From Brevinematia bacterium (GTDB taxonomy: Bacteria; Spirochaetota; Brevinematia; DTOW01), in contig JBMFQU010000004.1 of the NCBI GenBank assembly GCA_049968435.1, positions 1-34,353 on the forward strand: 34,353 bases of DNA, in the 5' to 3' direction. The translations under genes were made by a program, and so were the position numbers. The notes below the pieces were generated by a model that was given only the letters and a program-made list of their open reading frames with translations, ran no database searches and was not told the DNA's origin. Of this stretch, positions 9,887 through 22,000 are shown piece after piece; the stretch's first letter is position 1; each line of letters begins with the position of its first letter.

Positions 9887-10606
9887 ATGAAAAAGGAGAA
9901 AATAATTCTTGAAGATATAACCTTTTCATATGGTAAAGCTTCAGTTTTTTCGAATTTGAGTTTAAGAATATTTGAACATGAATTTACTGTGATTTTAGGT
10001 CCAAACGGAGCAGGTAAAAGTACTCTGATAAAATTAATAATCGGCATATTAAAGCCTCAAAAAGGTAAAATTATAATAAACTCTGAAAATAGGAATAACA
10101 TTTTTGGTTATGTACCTCAAAGAGCTATCTTAGATACACAATTTCCCATAACAGTTGAAGAGGTTGTTTTAGGGGGATTAACAAACAATTTTGGATTTTA
10201 CACAAGGGGCAATTATAAAAAAGTTGATGAAGTATTAGCAAGATTTGGCCTAGATAAATACAAGAAGAAAAATTTCTTTCACCTCTCAGGAGGTCAGCAA
10301 CAGAGAGTATTAATAGCAAGAGCCCTAATTTCTGACCCTGAAATATTAATATTAGATGAACCTGCCTCCAACATTGACAATGAAAATGAAGAAATATTGT
10401 CAATAATTTTAGAAGAATTAAAGAAAGAAAAAACAATAATAGTAGTAACACATGAGACAACTTTTGTTGAAGATATAACAGATAGAGTACTTTGCTTAAA
10501 AGAAGGTAAAGTAGTTGAACACGAATTTGCACCCATCAAAGATCTACCTACTATTTTCGGTTATAAAGAAAACAAAAAAAGAGTACTGCACTCTTGTGAG
10601 GTATAA
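9887..10606 (+). CDS. znuC: Zn/Mn ABC transporter ATP-binding protein
   Basis: GPNGAGKST, GYVPQ, LSGGQQQR, LILDEP and VTH motifs; located in the operon. Confidence 0.9.
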   Translation: MKKEKIILEDITFSYGKASVFSNLSLRIFEHEFTVILGPNGAGKSTLIKLIIGILKPQKGKIIINSENRNNIFGYVPQRAILDTQFPITVEEVVLGGLTNNFGFYTRGNYKKVDEVLARFGLDKYKKKNFFHLSGGQQQRVLIARALISDPEILILDEPASNIDNENEEILSIILEELKKEKTIIVVTHETTFVEDITDRVLCLKEGKVVEHEFAPIKDLPTIFGYKENKKRVLHSCEV

Positions 10607-10608
10607 AC

Positions 10609-11448
10609 ATGGAGTTTCTAAGAGCTCTACTAGATCCGCAGTTGAACTTTCTAAAAAATGCTCTATTAGTTCTAATCATTTCAAGTATACCTTTGAGTAT
10701 AATAGGAACATTTTTAGTAGCAAATAGAATGAGTTATATTGGTGGGGCAATAAGTCATTCTGTATTAGGTGGGATAGGCATATCACTATACTTAAGCACT
10801 GTTTACAATCTAACATACATAACACCTACTCTAGGTGGATTAACTTTTGCAATACTATCGGGATTATTAATATCATTCCTGTACTTAAAAGGAAAAGAAA
10901 GAATTGATACTTCTGTGAGTATAGTCTGGATAATAGGAATGGCAATAGGTCTAATATTCGCTTACTTAACACCTAAATTTTCTGATATTTCAAGCTATCT
11001 TTTTGGTAACATTTTGCTTCTATCAAAACATGATCTAATAATAACCATAATTTTATCACTAACAGTAATAACAATCTCAGGGTTATTTTTTAATCAATTA
11101 CTTTTAACAAGTTTTGATAGAGAGTTTGCAAAGACTAAAAATATAAATGTTGAGTTATTCTTAACATTACTTATATTCCTAACATCAATCACAATATTTC
11201 TAATAGTAAAGATAGTAGGCATCATCTTATCAATTACACTCTTGGTAATACCTTCTACTATAGGACTTATGATTTCTAAAAACATAAAAGAAGCAATAAT
11301 AAAATCAATCTTTATTTATAGTTTTCTATCATCTATAGGTCTATGGATAAGCTATGCACTAGACCTCCCTGCTGGTACAACCATAGCATTAGTTATGGGA
11401 ATTAGCTATATACTAGTAATATTCACAAAAAAGATACTTTCTAACTGA
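10609..11448 (+). CDS. znuB: Zn/Mn ABC transporter permease (ABC-3 family)
   Basis: GGAISHSVLGG, SYLFGNIL, SFDREFA, VGIIL and DLPAGTTI motifs; multiple TM helices. Confidence 0.9.
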   Translation: MEFLRALLDPQLNFLKNALLVLIISSIPLSIIGTFLVANRMSYIGGAISHSVLGGIGISLYLSTVYNLTYITPTLGGLTFAILSGLLISFLYLKGKERIDTSVSIVWIIGMAIGLIFAYLTPKFSDISSYLFGNILLLSKHDLIITIILSLTVITISGLFFNQLLLTSFDREFAKTKNINVELFLTLLIFLTSITIFLIVKIVGIILSITLLVIPSTIGLMISKNIKEAIIKSIFIYSFLSSIGLWISYALDLPAGTTIALVMGISYILVIFTKKILSN

Positions 11449-11559
11449 ATTTAAGTTATATTCTAAGAAGCTAATCTTAAAGATATAAAATCATCTTAAA
11501 CTAAACTCAAAATCTTTAATTACGGTTATAAAATCTAAGTAACGGCACTGAATATGTAA

Positions 11560-12555
11560 TTAAAATAACTTAATAGATAGATAAGCTGAAGGATCCACAA
11601 TTTCAGTACCTATTCTAACCTCATAATGTAAGTGATAACCAGTAGCTCTACCAGACATACCCATAGCACCTATAACTTGCCCTTTCCTAACAAACTGACC
11701 TTCCGAAACATATATTGACATAAGATGAGCATAAACTGTCATAAATCCATACTTATGAGTTATTTTTATAACTTTTCCATAACCTCCAGACCAACCAGCA
11801 AAAGAAACAACCCCATCAGCAGAAGCAATAATAGGAGTTCCTGGCCAATGAGCTATATCAACCCCAGAGTGGAATTTAGCAATATTCATAATAGGATCAC
11901 GCCTATACCCAAAAGTAGAAGTTATATGACCACCTCCATCTTGAACAGGCCATATTGAAGGTATATATCTTATAACATTCTTTGAATTTTCAACAAACTC
12001 AGCAAATTTTTGCATTTGAATTTTATAAATTTCAATTTCCTTCCTCAGCATATACAGTTCATCTATCTCTTTAGGTTTTTGAGAAATAACATTATCTATA
12101 GAGTTTTCAACAGTATTCGTAGACTGACTAGGTGTTCCATCTAAATATTTGATATCACCTTGAAAGCTTTGCATGGTTACAAGAGAGAAAATTTTATTTA
12201 CATCAGACCTGAAACTGGCAAACCTATCCTTTAAAACATTAACATTATTTACAAAACTATTTATATACTGCTCCTTTATTTGATTTTGCTTTTCTAACCT
12301 AATAACCTTTTGATCTGTCATTTTCCTATTGGACACCGAAATAATAGAAGTAACAACAACTATTACTAAAATAATAAAGATAAATAATAAGGCAAAGTTA
12401 GATATATGTAATGTGATAACTCTCTTTTCAGAATGAGGAACTAACATTAGAGTTATTCTTTCATATCCCCACTTTTGAATTTCATTTTTCTTTACTTTAA
12501 CCCATCTCTTAAAACTATACCACCATTCATTAAGGCTATTTTTCAAAACACCCAT
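11560..12555 (-). CDS. M23 family metallopeptidase (peptidoglycan endopeptidase)
   Basis: N-terminal TM helix, coiled coil, PSIWPV, HSGVD (HxxxD), YAHL and HLHYEV (HxH). ATG at 12555 follows a GGGGG SD-like run; the alternative start is TTG at 12567. Confidence 0.9.
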   Translation of the reverse strand: MGVLKNSLNEWWYSFKRWVKVKKNEIQKWGYERITLMLVPHSEKRVITLHISNFALLFIFIILVIVVVTSIISVSNRKMTDQKVIRLEKQNQIKEQYINSFVNNVNVLKDRFASFRSDVNKIFSLVTMQSFQGDIKYLDGTPSQSTNTVENSIDNVISQKPKEIDELYMLRKEIEIYKIQMQKFAEFVENSKNVIRYIPSIWPVQDGGGHITSTFGYRRDPIMNIAKFHSGVDIAHWPGTPIIASADGVVSFAGWSGGYGKVIKITHKYGFMTVYAHLMSIYVSEGQFVRKGQVIGAMGMSGRATGYHLHYEVRIGTEIVDPSAYLSIKLF

Positions 12556-12592
12556 ACAGACCCCCAAACTTATTTTTAAATCCCCTTCACAA

Positions 12593-12622
12593 ATTATAAA
12601 AACAAAATAATACTTTTTTCAA
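12593..12622 (-). promoter_or_regulatory. Putative sigma70 promoter of the M23 gene
   Basis: TTGAAA-18 nt-TATAAT on the minus strand. Confidence 0.55.
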
Positions 12623-12641
12623 TATTTCGGAAAAAATAATA

Positions 12642-13499
12642 CTAACCAAAGTTAATTGCAGCAACTCCTCTAACTAGATTATTTATATCTCTAAAGGTCA
12701 CGAAATTTCTAAATCCCTTCAAGCGAAAAATTCTTTTAACCTTCTCAGCTTGCTCTTCATCTCCAACTTCAAGGATCACCCTACCTCTGCTAGATAGAAA
12801 ATCTCTAACACGGTTTGCTATCTTAATATAAAAATCCATACCAAGAATCCCCCCATATAAGGCAATATACGGTTCTTTCTTAACGTCCTTAGGTAAAAAA
12901 ACATAATCTCTCTCCGAAATATACGGAGGATTAGAGACAATTAAATCAAACTTACCCCACCCAATTTCCTCCCAGATATTATCAAAAATATCTGATTTTA
13001 TAAGTTCAACTCCCTCAATTTCTCCAAGTAAACTAGAAACATTATATCTACATACTTCCAAAGATACATCAGAAATATCAGTCATTACAACATAAGCATT
13101 AGGGAATATTTTTTTCAAAGTTATACCGAGAATACCAGTACCAGTACCTATATCTAGAATATAATTTATATTTCTACAAGTGTTTTTTATAAACTCTATA
13201 AGAGATTCAGTTTCAAACCTAGGTATCAAAACTCCTTCCTTAACCCTAAATTTCATCCCCCAAAAATATTTATAACCGAGTATATACTCTAAAGGTTCAA
13301 ATTCTTTTCTCCTCTCAATAAAACTTAAAACTTTCTCTAATTGGTCATCGTCAATTTCTAAATCTCCTCTTACATAAATTTCGAACCTTCTTATATTTAA
13401 AACATCTGAAATTATAAGTTCAGAATCCGTTTTAGGCGTAGGCAAACCTGCTTTTCTTAAAGTATCTACACAATAATTGAATAAATCACCCAACTTCAT
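12642..13499 (-). CDS. prmC: Release factor glutamine methyltransferase PrmC/HemK
   Basis: EPLEYILG, VLIPRFETE, LDIGTGTG, SNPPY and EPYIALYGG motifs. ATG at 13499 is preferred over TTG at 13529. Confidence 0.93.
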   Translation of the reverse strand: MKLGDLFNYCVDTLRKAGLPTPKTDSELIISDVLNIRRFEIYVRGDLEIDDDQLEKVLSFIERRKEFEPLEYILGYKYFWGMKFRVKEGVLIPRFETESLIEFIKNTCRNINYILDIGTGTGILGITLKKIFPNAYVVMTDISDVSLEVCRYNVSSLLGEIEGVELIKSDIFDNIWEEIGWGKFDLIVSNPPYISERDYVFLPKDVKKEPYIALYGGILGMDFYIKIANRVRDFLSSRGRVILEVGDEEQAEKVKRIFRLKGFRNFVTFRDINNLVRGVAAINFG

Positions 13500-13601
13500 A
13501 ATAAAAGTATAATAAAAACAACAATTCAAAGAAAATCAAAGTTAGCGATAACCATAGAAAAGTTTTAGAAAATAAAAATGAAATTCAATTAAACTTAAAC
13601 T

Positions 13602-14720
13602 ATGTCAAATATCGGAGATTCAAGAAAAACATACGCAGAAATAAACTTAAACACCCTATACAACAACTACCTAGAGCTTATAAAGCTTAACAATAGAAAG
13701 CCAATAATTCCTGTCATAAAAGCAGACGGATATGGACACGGTGCTTTAGAGGTATACAAATTTTTATATGGAAAAGGTATAAATAAATTTGCTGTTGCAA
13801 CTATTGAAGAGGCATTAGAATTATGTAATTTGCCTTTTTCAAAAAATACAGAAATTCTGATATTCTGCCCCTATCCTTATAAAATACTAAAAGAACTAAC
13901 TCAAGAATACAACAATTTAATACCAATAGTAAGTGATATTCAAACACTAGAAGAAATAATCAAAAGCAAAACATCAATGAAAATAGGTATAGAAATAGAC
14001 ACTGGAATGGGAAGATTAGGTATAACATATCGCCAAAAAGAGAAGCTCATCGAAATACTATCAAATGCCCAAAATATCAATATTTCAGATATTATGTCAC
14101 ATTTCCCCTCTTCTGACTTTGACCGAGAATTCTCAATCTACCAGATAGAAATATTTGATGACATCTTGGAATCCATAAAAAAATTATTTCCAAATGTAAA
14201 AACTCACTTTTCAAATAGTGGTGGAGTAATAAACATTCCTGAGGCAAGCAAATATGATTTCGCTCGTTGTGGATTATCAATATATGGTTATTACCCTAAT
14301 CTAAATCTCAAAAATAAAGTTAAGCTAAAAAATTCTCTAGCTCTAAAATCTCAAGTAATACTAAAAAAATTCCTTAAGAAAGGAGACAGTATTAGTTATA
14401 ACAGAACTTACTTTATGAAAGAAGATGGATACATAGGAATAATACCTTGTGGTTATGCAGATGGTATTCCTACATTATATTCAAATAATATGGAAGTTAT
14501 CATAAGGAATAAAAGATTTCCAATTGTTGGAAGAATAACTATGGACTACATAATAGTTAAGATAAATAATGAAATCAACACAGGAGATGAGGTTTTAATA
14601 TTCGGAGAGGATGAAAATAACTCAATAAAGATTGAGGAATTTGCACAAAAAGCGAACTTAATACCCTATGAGATAACTTGCGGCATATCGAAAAGAATAA
14701 AAAGAATATATAAAAAATAA
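13602..14720 (+). CDS. alr: Alanine racemase
   Basis: VIKADGYGHG (PLP lysine), DTGMGRLG, SHF, ISYNRTY, GYADG, GRITMD and PYEI motifs. Confidence 0.96.
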   Translation: MSNIGDSRKTYAEINLNTLYNNYLELIKLNNRKPIIPVIKADGYGHGALEVYKFLYGKGINKFAVATIEEALELCNLPFSKNTEILIFCPYPYKILKELTQEYNNLIPIVSDIQTLEEIIKSKTSMKIGIEIDTGMGRLGITYRQKEKLIEILSNAQNINISDIMSHFPSSDFDREFSIYQIEIFDDILESIKKLFPNVKTHFSNSGGVINIPEASKYDFARCGLSIYGYYPNLNLKNKVKLKNSLALKSQVILKKFLKKGDSISYNRTYFMKEDGYIGIIPCGYADGIPTLYSNNMEVIIRNKRFPIVGRITMDYIIVKINNEINTGDEVLIFGEDENNSIKIEEFAQKANLIPYEITCGISKRIKRIYKK

Positions 14721-14753
14721 AAACAGCCTCCACCTTGATAAGTGGAGGCCGTT
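14712..14753 (-). terminator. Intrinsic terminator of the giant-protein/barrel operon (possibly bidirectional)
   Basis: Minus strand AACGGCCTCCAC-ttatcaag-GTGGAGGCTGTT followed by TTATTTTTT, between convergent genes. Confidence 0.8.
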
Positions 14754-14798
14754 AACGGGGATGAATTCGAACACCCGGGAGGTTAGCCCTAAAAAAGG

Positions 14799-16064
14799 CT
14801 AATTTTTCTTTTTTGTATCTTTAGAAGGTAGTTGCTGATAAACTTTGTTAGTCTGCTCCGTAGGAACAACTTCTTTCTGAGGAGATTCTTGTTGAGAAGA
14901 AGGCTTCTCTGAAGGTGATACATTAAGTTCCTTTATCTCTTTTTTCTTCTTCTCTAATTCCTCCATAAATTGTAGCTCTTTAATCTTCTCTTCAGTATAA
15001 GCAAAAGCACTTCTTGGAAGCCTATATCTATAAACTAAAGCAAAATTATGAGAAAGATCCCCTAAGGAAGAAAATATATTAGGCATTAAACTAACAACAT
15101 AATCTATATTAACCTCATGTTCGTCCGAAAAAACATAACCAAAAGATAACCCAAAAGTAATATTCACAAATTCATTCAAACCAAATTCATACCCACCTCT
15201 TACACCAATGATTCTATTTAAAAACCAACTTTCTACACCTATATGATAAGTTAGGTCAAGTTCTCTATTATCACCTGGTTCCCTTTCAGTTTGAGTAACA
15301 CCAGCTCCAACCATAACATCTTCAAAAACACCCCAAAAAGACCCTACTAACCAATTAGCACCGAACTTTATTTTCCTTGGTAATGTTGAATTATTTCCTT
15401 CAATTATGGCGGTATTAGGCTTTATCAGATTTTGAATAGTAAACCCCAATCTTATTGTATAACTAAAGTCATAAGTCAATCCTGCATCTAAACCAAAACC
15501 CCAAGTACTTAACCTATCACCTAGATACGGATTAACTTGTGTATCAGGATTAGGTACCAAACCTAAGTTATAGAGATTCACTTTTACTCCACCAGAGATT
15601 CTAGCACCTTTGGATATAAAATCATCAAGATTTTTAGCATAAGTAAGACTTATAACCTGCTCATAATATAAGTCCATCACATTAAATCTAGAAAATGAAA
15701 AGCCTATTGCCCCCTCTCTAAAAAAGTAAGGGACATTGCCACCTGCTATTAAACCAGCAAGATAATCTACTCCAGCGTATCCTCTATTACAGAAAGGAAT
15801 AACCCCAAAGATACTAAACATATTCATACCATTTTCATCAATATATCCTATTGGTAATCCAAAGTTGATTCTTGTTTCAATATTTTTAGTATTAGCAACC
15901 AGAGCGGGATTATACTCCATTCCATTAACACCATCAAATATACCAAACATTGCATTACCCATACCTCTTGATCTTGGACTAGTACCTCTATCTAAAAATT
16001 CAAAAGCACCATAAGAATAGCTAACCAAAACTAAAATTATCAAAAAAACAACTAACTTCCTCAT
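14799..16064 (-). CDS. PorV/PorQ-like (FadL-superfamily, UPF0164-like) outer-membrane beta-barrel protein
   Basis: Signal peptide; hatch motif GTSPRSRGMGNA...YNPA; strands GFGLDAG, RLGFTIQNL, LPRKIKFG, GVESWF, GVRGGY, IDY and SHNFAL; charged C-terminal tail. SD AGGAGGAG; starts 13 nt after the upstream stop. Confidence 0.75.
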   Translation of the reverse strand: MRKLVVFLIILVLVSYSYGAFEFLDRGTSPRSRGMGNAMFGIFDGVNGMEYNPALVANTKNIETRINFGLPIGYIDENGMNMFSIFGVIPFCNRGYAGVDYLAGLIAGGNVPYFFREGAIGFSFSRFNVMDLYYEQVISLTYAKNLDDFISKGARISGGVKVNLYNLGLVPNPDTQVNPYLGDRLSTWGFGLDAGLTYDFSYTIRLGFTIQNLIKPNTAIIEGNNSTLPRKIKFGANWLVGSFWGVFEDVMVGAGVTQTEREPGDNRELDLTYHIGVESWFLNRIIGVRGGYEFGLNEFVNITFGLSFGYVFSDEHEVNIDYVVSLMPNIFSSLGDLSHNFALVYRYRLPRSAFAYTEEKIKELQFMEELEKKKKEIKELNVSPSEKPSSQQESPQKEVVPTEQTNKVYQQLPSKDTKKKN

Positions 16065-16077
16065 AAACTCCTCCTAT

Positions 16078-19000
16078 CTATTTAACGAGGATGACGGTAC
16101 TTCTATATCCTACCGTACCCCCTGCAACAACAACATAAATATAAGCTCCATTACTAACATAAACACCATCTTGATCTTTACCATCCCAATACACCTCCCC
16201 TTGACCAAAACTACCATCAAACTCCAAGATTCTTAATAACTTACCACTTAAATCATATATCTTCACATAACCTTTATCATAAGGTTTATCAAGTTCAAAT
16301 GTTATCTTAAGCATTCCATATTTATAATCAGCTTGATTCCCATGAATATTAGGTGTAAATGGATTAGGTGAAGCCTTTACATTTCTCACAATTCCCTCTT
16401 TCTTGATATTACCATCACCCATAATCGCATATACCCTATGCAAATACCTTGTCTTGATATAGATAAAGTTGTTATCTTTATCAACTTTACCACCAATCCT
16501 TACCCACTCTTTAGTAGTATCCTTCCAATACCATACACTCAAACTATCCTCACTCCACCCCTGTGAAGTGATATAATTCTCATCATAATAGAACTTTAAT
16601 ATAACGTCACTTTTTAGAGGATTTTCAAATATATCACTTCCCGGAATAGTTTTCATAATAAGTTCATATACCTTCATTTGAGAAAGATCATCCAACCTAG
16701 ATGCACCTTTAGAATTCAATACTCCTGCTTGTTCTTCTGCCGTTGCTAACCTACTGATTATATCAACAGAGAAATCATTAAGTAATGCTCCAGGCGGTAC
16801 AATCAAAGCAGTATTACCATCATCCAGTGATACAACTGATTGCTCTTCCCTAGCTTCTGTACTAAAAGGCATATTGCTAAGCACAATCATACCAATATTA
16901 GTTATCCTATTTGCAGAAACAGTAATATTCTTTATAACTAGTTTCCTATACTTACTACTTGTTACCAAAATATCATATGTACCACTAGGTATAAAGTCTA
17001 GCATATAACTACCTATTAAAACATTATTTATATTAGTATTAGTGGTAAGAGAACTTAATATATTATTAGAGTATACATTATCAATAACAACACTTTCGGT
17101 ACCACTATAAACAAGTTTCACAGTTATATCCTTATAATAAGGTTTTACCAACCCTAAAACTCTACCAAAGTTAGCAAAAGCTATAATAAAATCAGCCGTT
17201 TCAGTAGCGAGTACGTTAACATCTTCATAATCTTCACCACCTTGATAATAAACCATACCCTTCATATTGTTTGTTGTGTTGATTATGTTAGTATTGGAGT
17301 AAGCATTATAAGATATATCGACTAATATATACTCACTTCTTCTCGTAGGTATAAACGTATTCACAAATAAGTAACCATTGCTAACACTCCAAGAACTAAT
17401 ATAATTATTTGAACTTCTAACATTTTCAATAGAATAATTGGAACTAGCGTAAGGTATCCTAATGCTAACAATTGGATAACTGTAAGAATTATTATCAACT
17501 CTAAATACGATTGTATGATTGGTATCTATAGACCAGGCAATATTATAAGGTTTAATAATTCTAAAGTCAGCTGGCGCTTCAGGAAAATCAAACAACAAGT
17601 TAAGAGTATTACCAGGTGAAGAATTTATAAATTGCTCAACCCCTAGACCATTATCATAATAAACATCTATTTTTACATTAGTCTTTGCATTATAGTAATT
17701 TTCGAAAACAAACCAACCAATATCCTTTTGTCCAGATGCAATACCATCATTAGTGTAATGTATAAATACAAAGTTATTAGAATTTGATATAATGGCTCCA
17801 CCAATTTGATTACTCAAGGATAAGAAATTGCTTACCAAACTAGGTAATACAACTTTAACAAAAGTTATATTATTCATCTCTTCTCCGGTATTGGTAAATA
17901 CTATTCTAACAACATTAGTAGAAGGAACACCTGGAACAACCGAAAGTAAAACATACTTATTAACTAAATCAGCATATCCTTGTGCAGGCGGCATAACTAT
18001 TGAAATAATATTACTATTCAAACCGATGTTAGGAGGAACATATCCTAACCCCTCATTCACATAGAAACCAACAACTGAATTAGTATTACCAATATTAAAA
18101 TCATCAACAGCCACTATAGTTAAAGAATCATTATCCCCCTTAGAAAGACCATTGGTATACGAAACATAAATATTAGTATTATTGCTTATACTTATAACAG
18201 AAGGTTTGGTATTGCTGACACTTATAACGTTCGTAAAAGGTGAATTAAGAGAAACTAAGAAATTTTTAACACTAGCATCACCACTTGTATTATTATCAAT
18301 CTTAACAGAAATAACATTAGTCCTAAGCAAAGCATTCAAACTAGTAGTAAGCAATTCAGCAGTAGGTGGTTGTATGAACCTTAATGTCATGTCAAGCAAA
18401 TCTGTAGGAATAATATTTGCGTTTGTAACACCATTGTAAGCAGTACCTGTAATATTAAAGGAAGTACCTGCTACATTCGTATTAGAAATCTTAATTCTAA
18501 CATAATCAACAACATTGACTGGCAAATTATCATAAAGCAAAGTTAAAACTCCACCTGAATATGATTTGTTAGTTGCATAATCACTTGTAACATTGGCTAT
18601 ATTAAAACCTATCTGTAATGCTGTAGGAATGTTTATATCTAACCTTGTTATACTATTATCACCACTTCCTCCATTAGAAAGAATTATCGTAATTGTTGGA
18701 TTTGGATTAGGATAATACGCTTCCCTATTTAAAAGTTTAGTATAAGCATATGGAGGACTTGAAATGTAAGAAACAATATTAGTACCACCAACTACCCTAC
18801 CTTTAACAAACTTGCCGCCGCTGGTATCAAACTTAACTTTCAAATTAAAAACTCCATTAGTATCGCCTATAACCCAATTATCTCTAGCATGAACATAAAT
18901 TATATCATTAGAACCAACTGCAAGTCCGCTAGTATTAGTATAATCTACAACTATACTATTAGTTAGTAGGTACACCAAAGCATTTCCATAAGAATTACTC

Positions 19001-22000
19001 ACAACCATATCATTTGTTATCAAAACGAATGGATATGATAAAACTAAAGTCCTAGCATTATTGCCAGTATTACCAGCATTGTCTACAAATACCTTATACA
19101 TTACAAATCCATTCTCAAAAGCTGAAACTATGTTAGGCTCAACCCTATAATTTGCTCTGTAAGGAGGATTATCTATATTGTAATTAAGATCACCAGGAAC
19201 CAATTCCAAAGCATTAGTGTAATAAACATTGCTTGGATAATTAGCAACCTCTACTTTCAAATTAGTAGAGTAAATCATGTAATTATCAACATTATCATAG
19301 GCAGTAAAGTAAATAATATCCTTAACTCCTGAAGCTAAGTTAGTATTACTGATAGCATAATCTACAAATATCATATTGCTCGATGAATAGTAATTAATGT
19401 TAGCAGGTATTTTGTTAGATAATACCACTACATTCGTAACTATGTTAGGTAAAAAGATTCTTACCCAATAAACATCATTATACTTTTCACCAAAATTCGT
19501 AAGCTCAAGCTTCATATCAATTTCATCAAGATCATAGTAAACATTATTTGGTATCAATTTACCATAAATTCTTGAAGGTGGTAATTTAACAAAAGTAGAA
19601 CCACTACCGCTAGGTATATATGGGAAATTATTATTGCTATAACCATCATTATAATCAACTCCAACATTCCATATTACATTTGTCTCACCATAGTTGAAGT
19701 TATCAATACCTCTTATCTGAACAGAATGTACTTTTGTTCCAGAAAGCTTCTCACTTACAAAACTGACTATTATCCTTCTATTATTTGTATCAACTGTCAA
19801 TATCGGATTTGCTGATAGAGTAGTAGGTGTTGTATTCAATACATTAACATTACTTATATCAAATATACTTGGAAGGTAAATAGCAATCCTATGAACATCT
19901 TTACTATTAACACTTAATCCATTAGTTATAGTTAAAACGAAATCATTAGTATTCTGAGTAGTCCATATTTGAGTAGGATTTATAGCAATAGAAGGCTGCT
20001 CTGTAATCCAAAGTTTCTTATCATCAGTAGAGTATATAATATTTGTACCTTCTTCCCAACCATCAGAATAATAATCACTTCCATTACTAGCCATAACTAC
20101 AAATTCACCATTAGTAGGTACTGAAAATGTATTAGAAAATGTAACTATAACATTATCTACATATCCTGCAGGTAAATTAGTGCTCAAGTTTATGTAATTT
20201 ATTGTAAAATTACTCGGAGTAATAGCAATCCCACTACCACCAATTATACTAGAACTAACACCAACAATCTTACCTTGATAAACTGGAGGAATATTAACCT
20301 TAACCCTATACAATCTATTAGAACCAAAACCTGCATTAGTTATAATAAATTTCAAACTGACATTTGTAGGCGTAGATGAAGTATAAACAACTTGACTATC
20401 AATCTTTGCTCCCATATAAACATGCGGTAATTTGAAATTAAGTGTCCAACTACCATTTGTGATAGACTGAAATGCTTTTTGATTAGAAGCACTCACTACA
20501 AAACTAACATTAGGTCTTGAATTTTCAACAAAATCCACCATCTTAAATGTAATCAAATCTTCACCACCAGGAGGAATATTGGTTAGTTCTCCTAAATAAT
20601 TTATTACAACATAATTATTTGAAAAAGTACACCAGATGTTATCAAAACTAATAACACTACTTTGTATATCAAAAACATTTGTAGAAATATTTGTAGGAAT
20701 GTTTATCATTAAACTATATATCTTATTACCAGATCCAGAACTAACACCAAGGTTTGAAACTCTCAAGAATAAAACATTAGTTATTGTTGAAGAATCTATA
20801 TCACCTAATCCTATATAAGAGTTTGTATTTGTGTTATAGAGAGAAACCCACGCTTGTACATCAGGCCATTCTATATAAAGAACCTGCCTCTCAGAGCTAG
20901 ATTTATCTTGAGCATTGGTTTCCCCTCTACTATTACTTACATATGTTTGAATTACAAGATTAGTGGGTACAAAGTAATTTGTATTACTAAGCGTTATGAG
21001 AATCCTATCAAAGTAGGAAGAATTTTCATACACAGACTTTAAATCTACACCTTCATTATCGTAGTTTAAGATTATATTATTACCTGAAACCTGAATATTA
21101 GCTGAGTTTGTAAGCCAACTTTGACCTGGTATCAAAGAAACATTATTAATAACAAACCCACTTGGTACAGAAATTCTAGCTTTAGATATATTATTACCAG
21201 GAGCACCCGTATTATAGATAAAATTCGTAAACGAGAAACTAACAATAGTGGTATGTATCTTGTTAGTAGCTATATATGCTTTACCTTCGGGATCTGGTGG
21301 AGTAATTAAAACTGTCCAAGAATTAGGTGAATATTCAGAACCTGGTCTAAGACCTTCTGTATTACCATTGTCAGCATAAACAACAAAAGCAGCACCTACT
21401 GGAGGATCACTTACACTCCTCTTATGCACAGTTGTAAAGTATATAACATCATTTGACCCAGATCTTAAAGGCTTAGAAGCATTCGTATAATCAACAAATA
21501 TTCCAAAACCTAAACCAGATATATTAGTAGTGTATAACAAAGCAGGAAAGTATGTAGAATTATTAGAAAGACCCCAAGCGTAGTTAGTTATATAATTCGT
21601 ATCAAACAGAATAAACATCTTAATTATATCATTTCCTAAAGGACCATCATTTATCACAGTGTAAGAAAAAGTATTAGTAGGCCTTGAGTTATCAGCTTTT
21701 GGAGGATAAATGGAACCAAGAGCACGAGCAGAAGGTATTATAACCTGAACAACTTGAGTTTTATAAATGCTATTAGTATTGGTACCTGCACCAAACATAC
21801 CATTGCCAAACCTATCATAAGCCCACATCGGCCAAGTAAAGTTAGAAGTACTAATACCTACAGGAAGATCTGGAGTTTGAATTACATAAAACTCTATTCT
21901 ATCAATACCATTCTCACCTGGAATTAAATTTCCAGCTGCAGCATAATCTACCCTTACTCTATTCGAACCACCATAGTTAGTTAAATAAATGTAATTAGAA

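Noticed and set aside
14750-14790. tRNA or tmRNA gene suggested by GTTCGAAT and GGGGATG
   Set aside because: No cloverleaf, acceptor stem or room for a tmRNA; only a T-arm-like fragment is present.
16078-16395. Flagellar hook-cap FlgD call
   Set aside because: Only the FlgD-Ig-like/CTD module is present, at the end of a 2,500-aa secreted protein, with no flagellar gene context.
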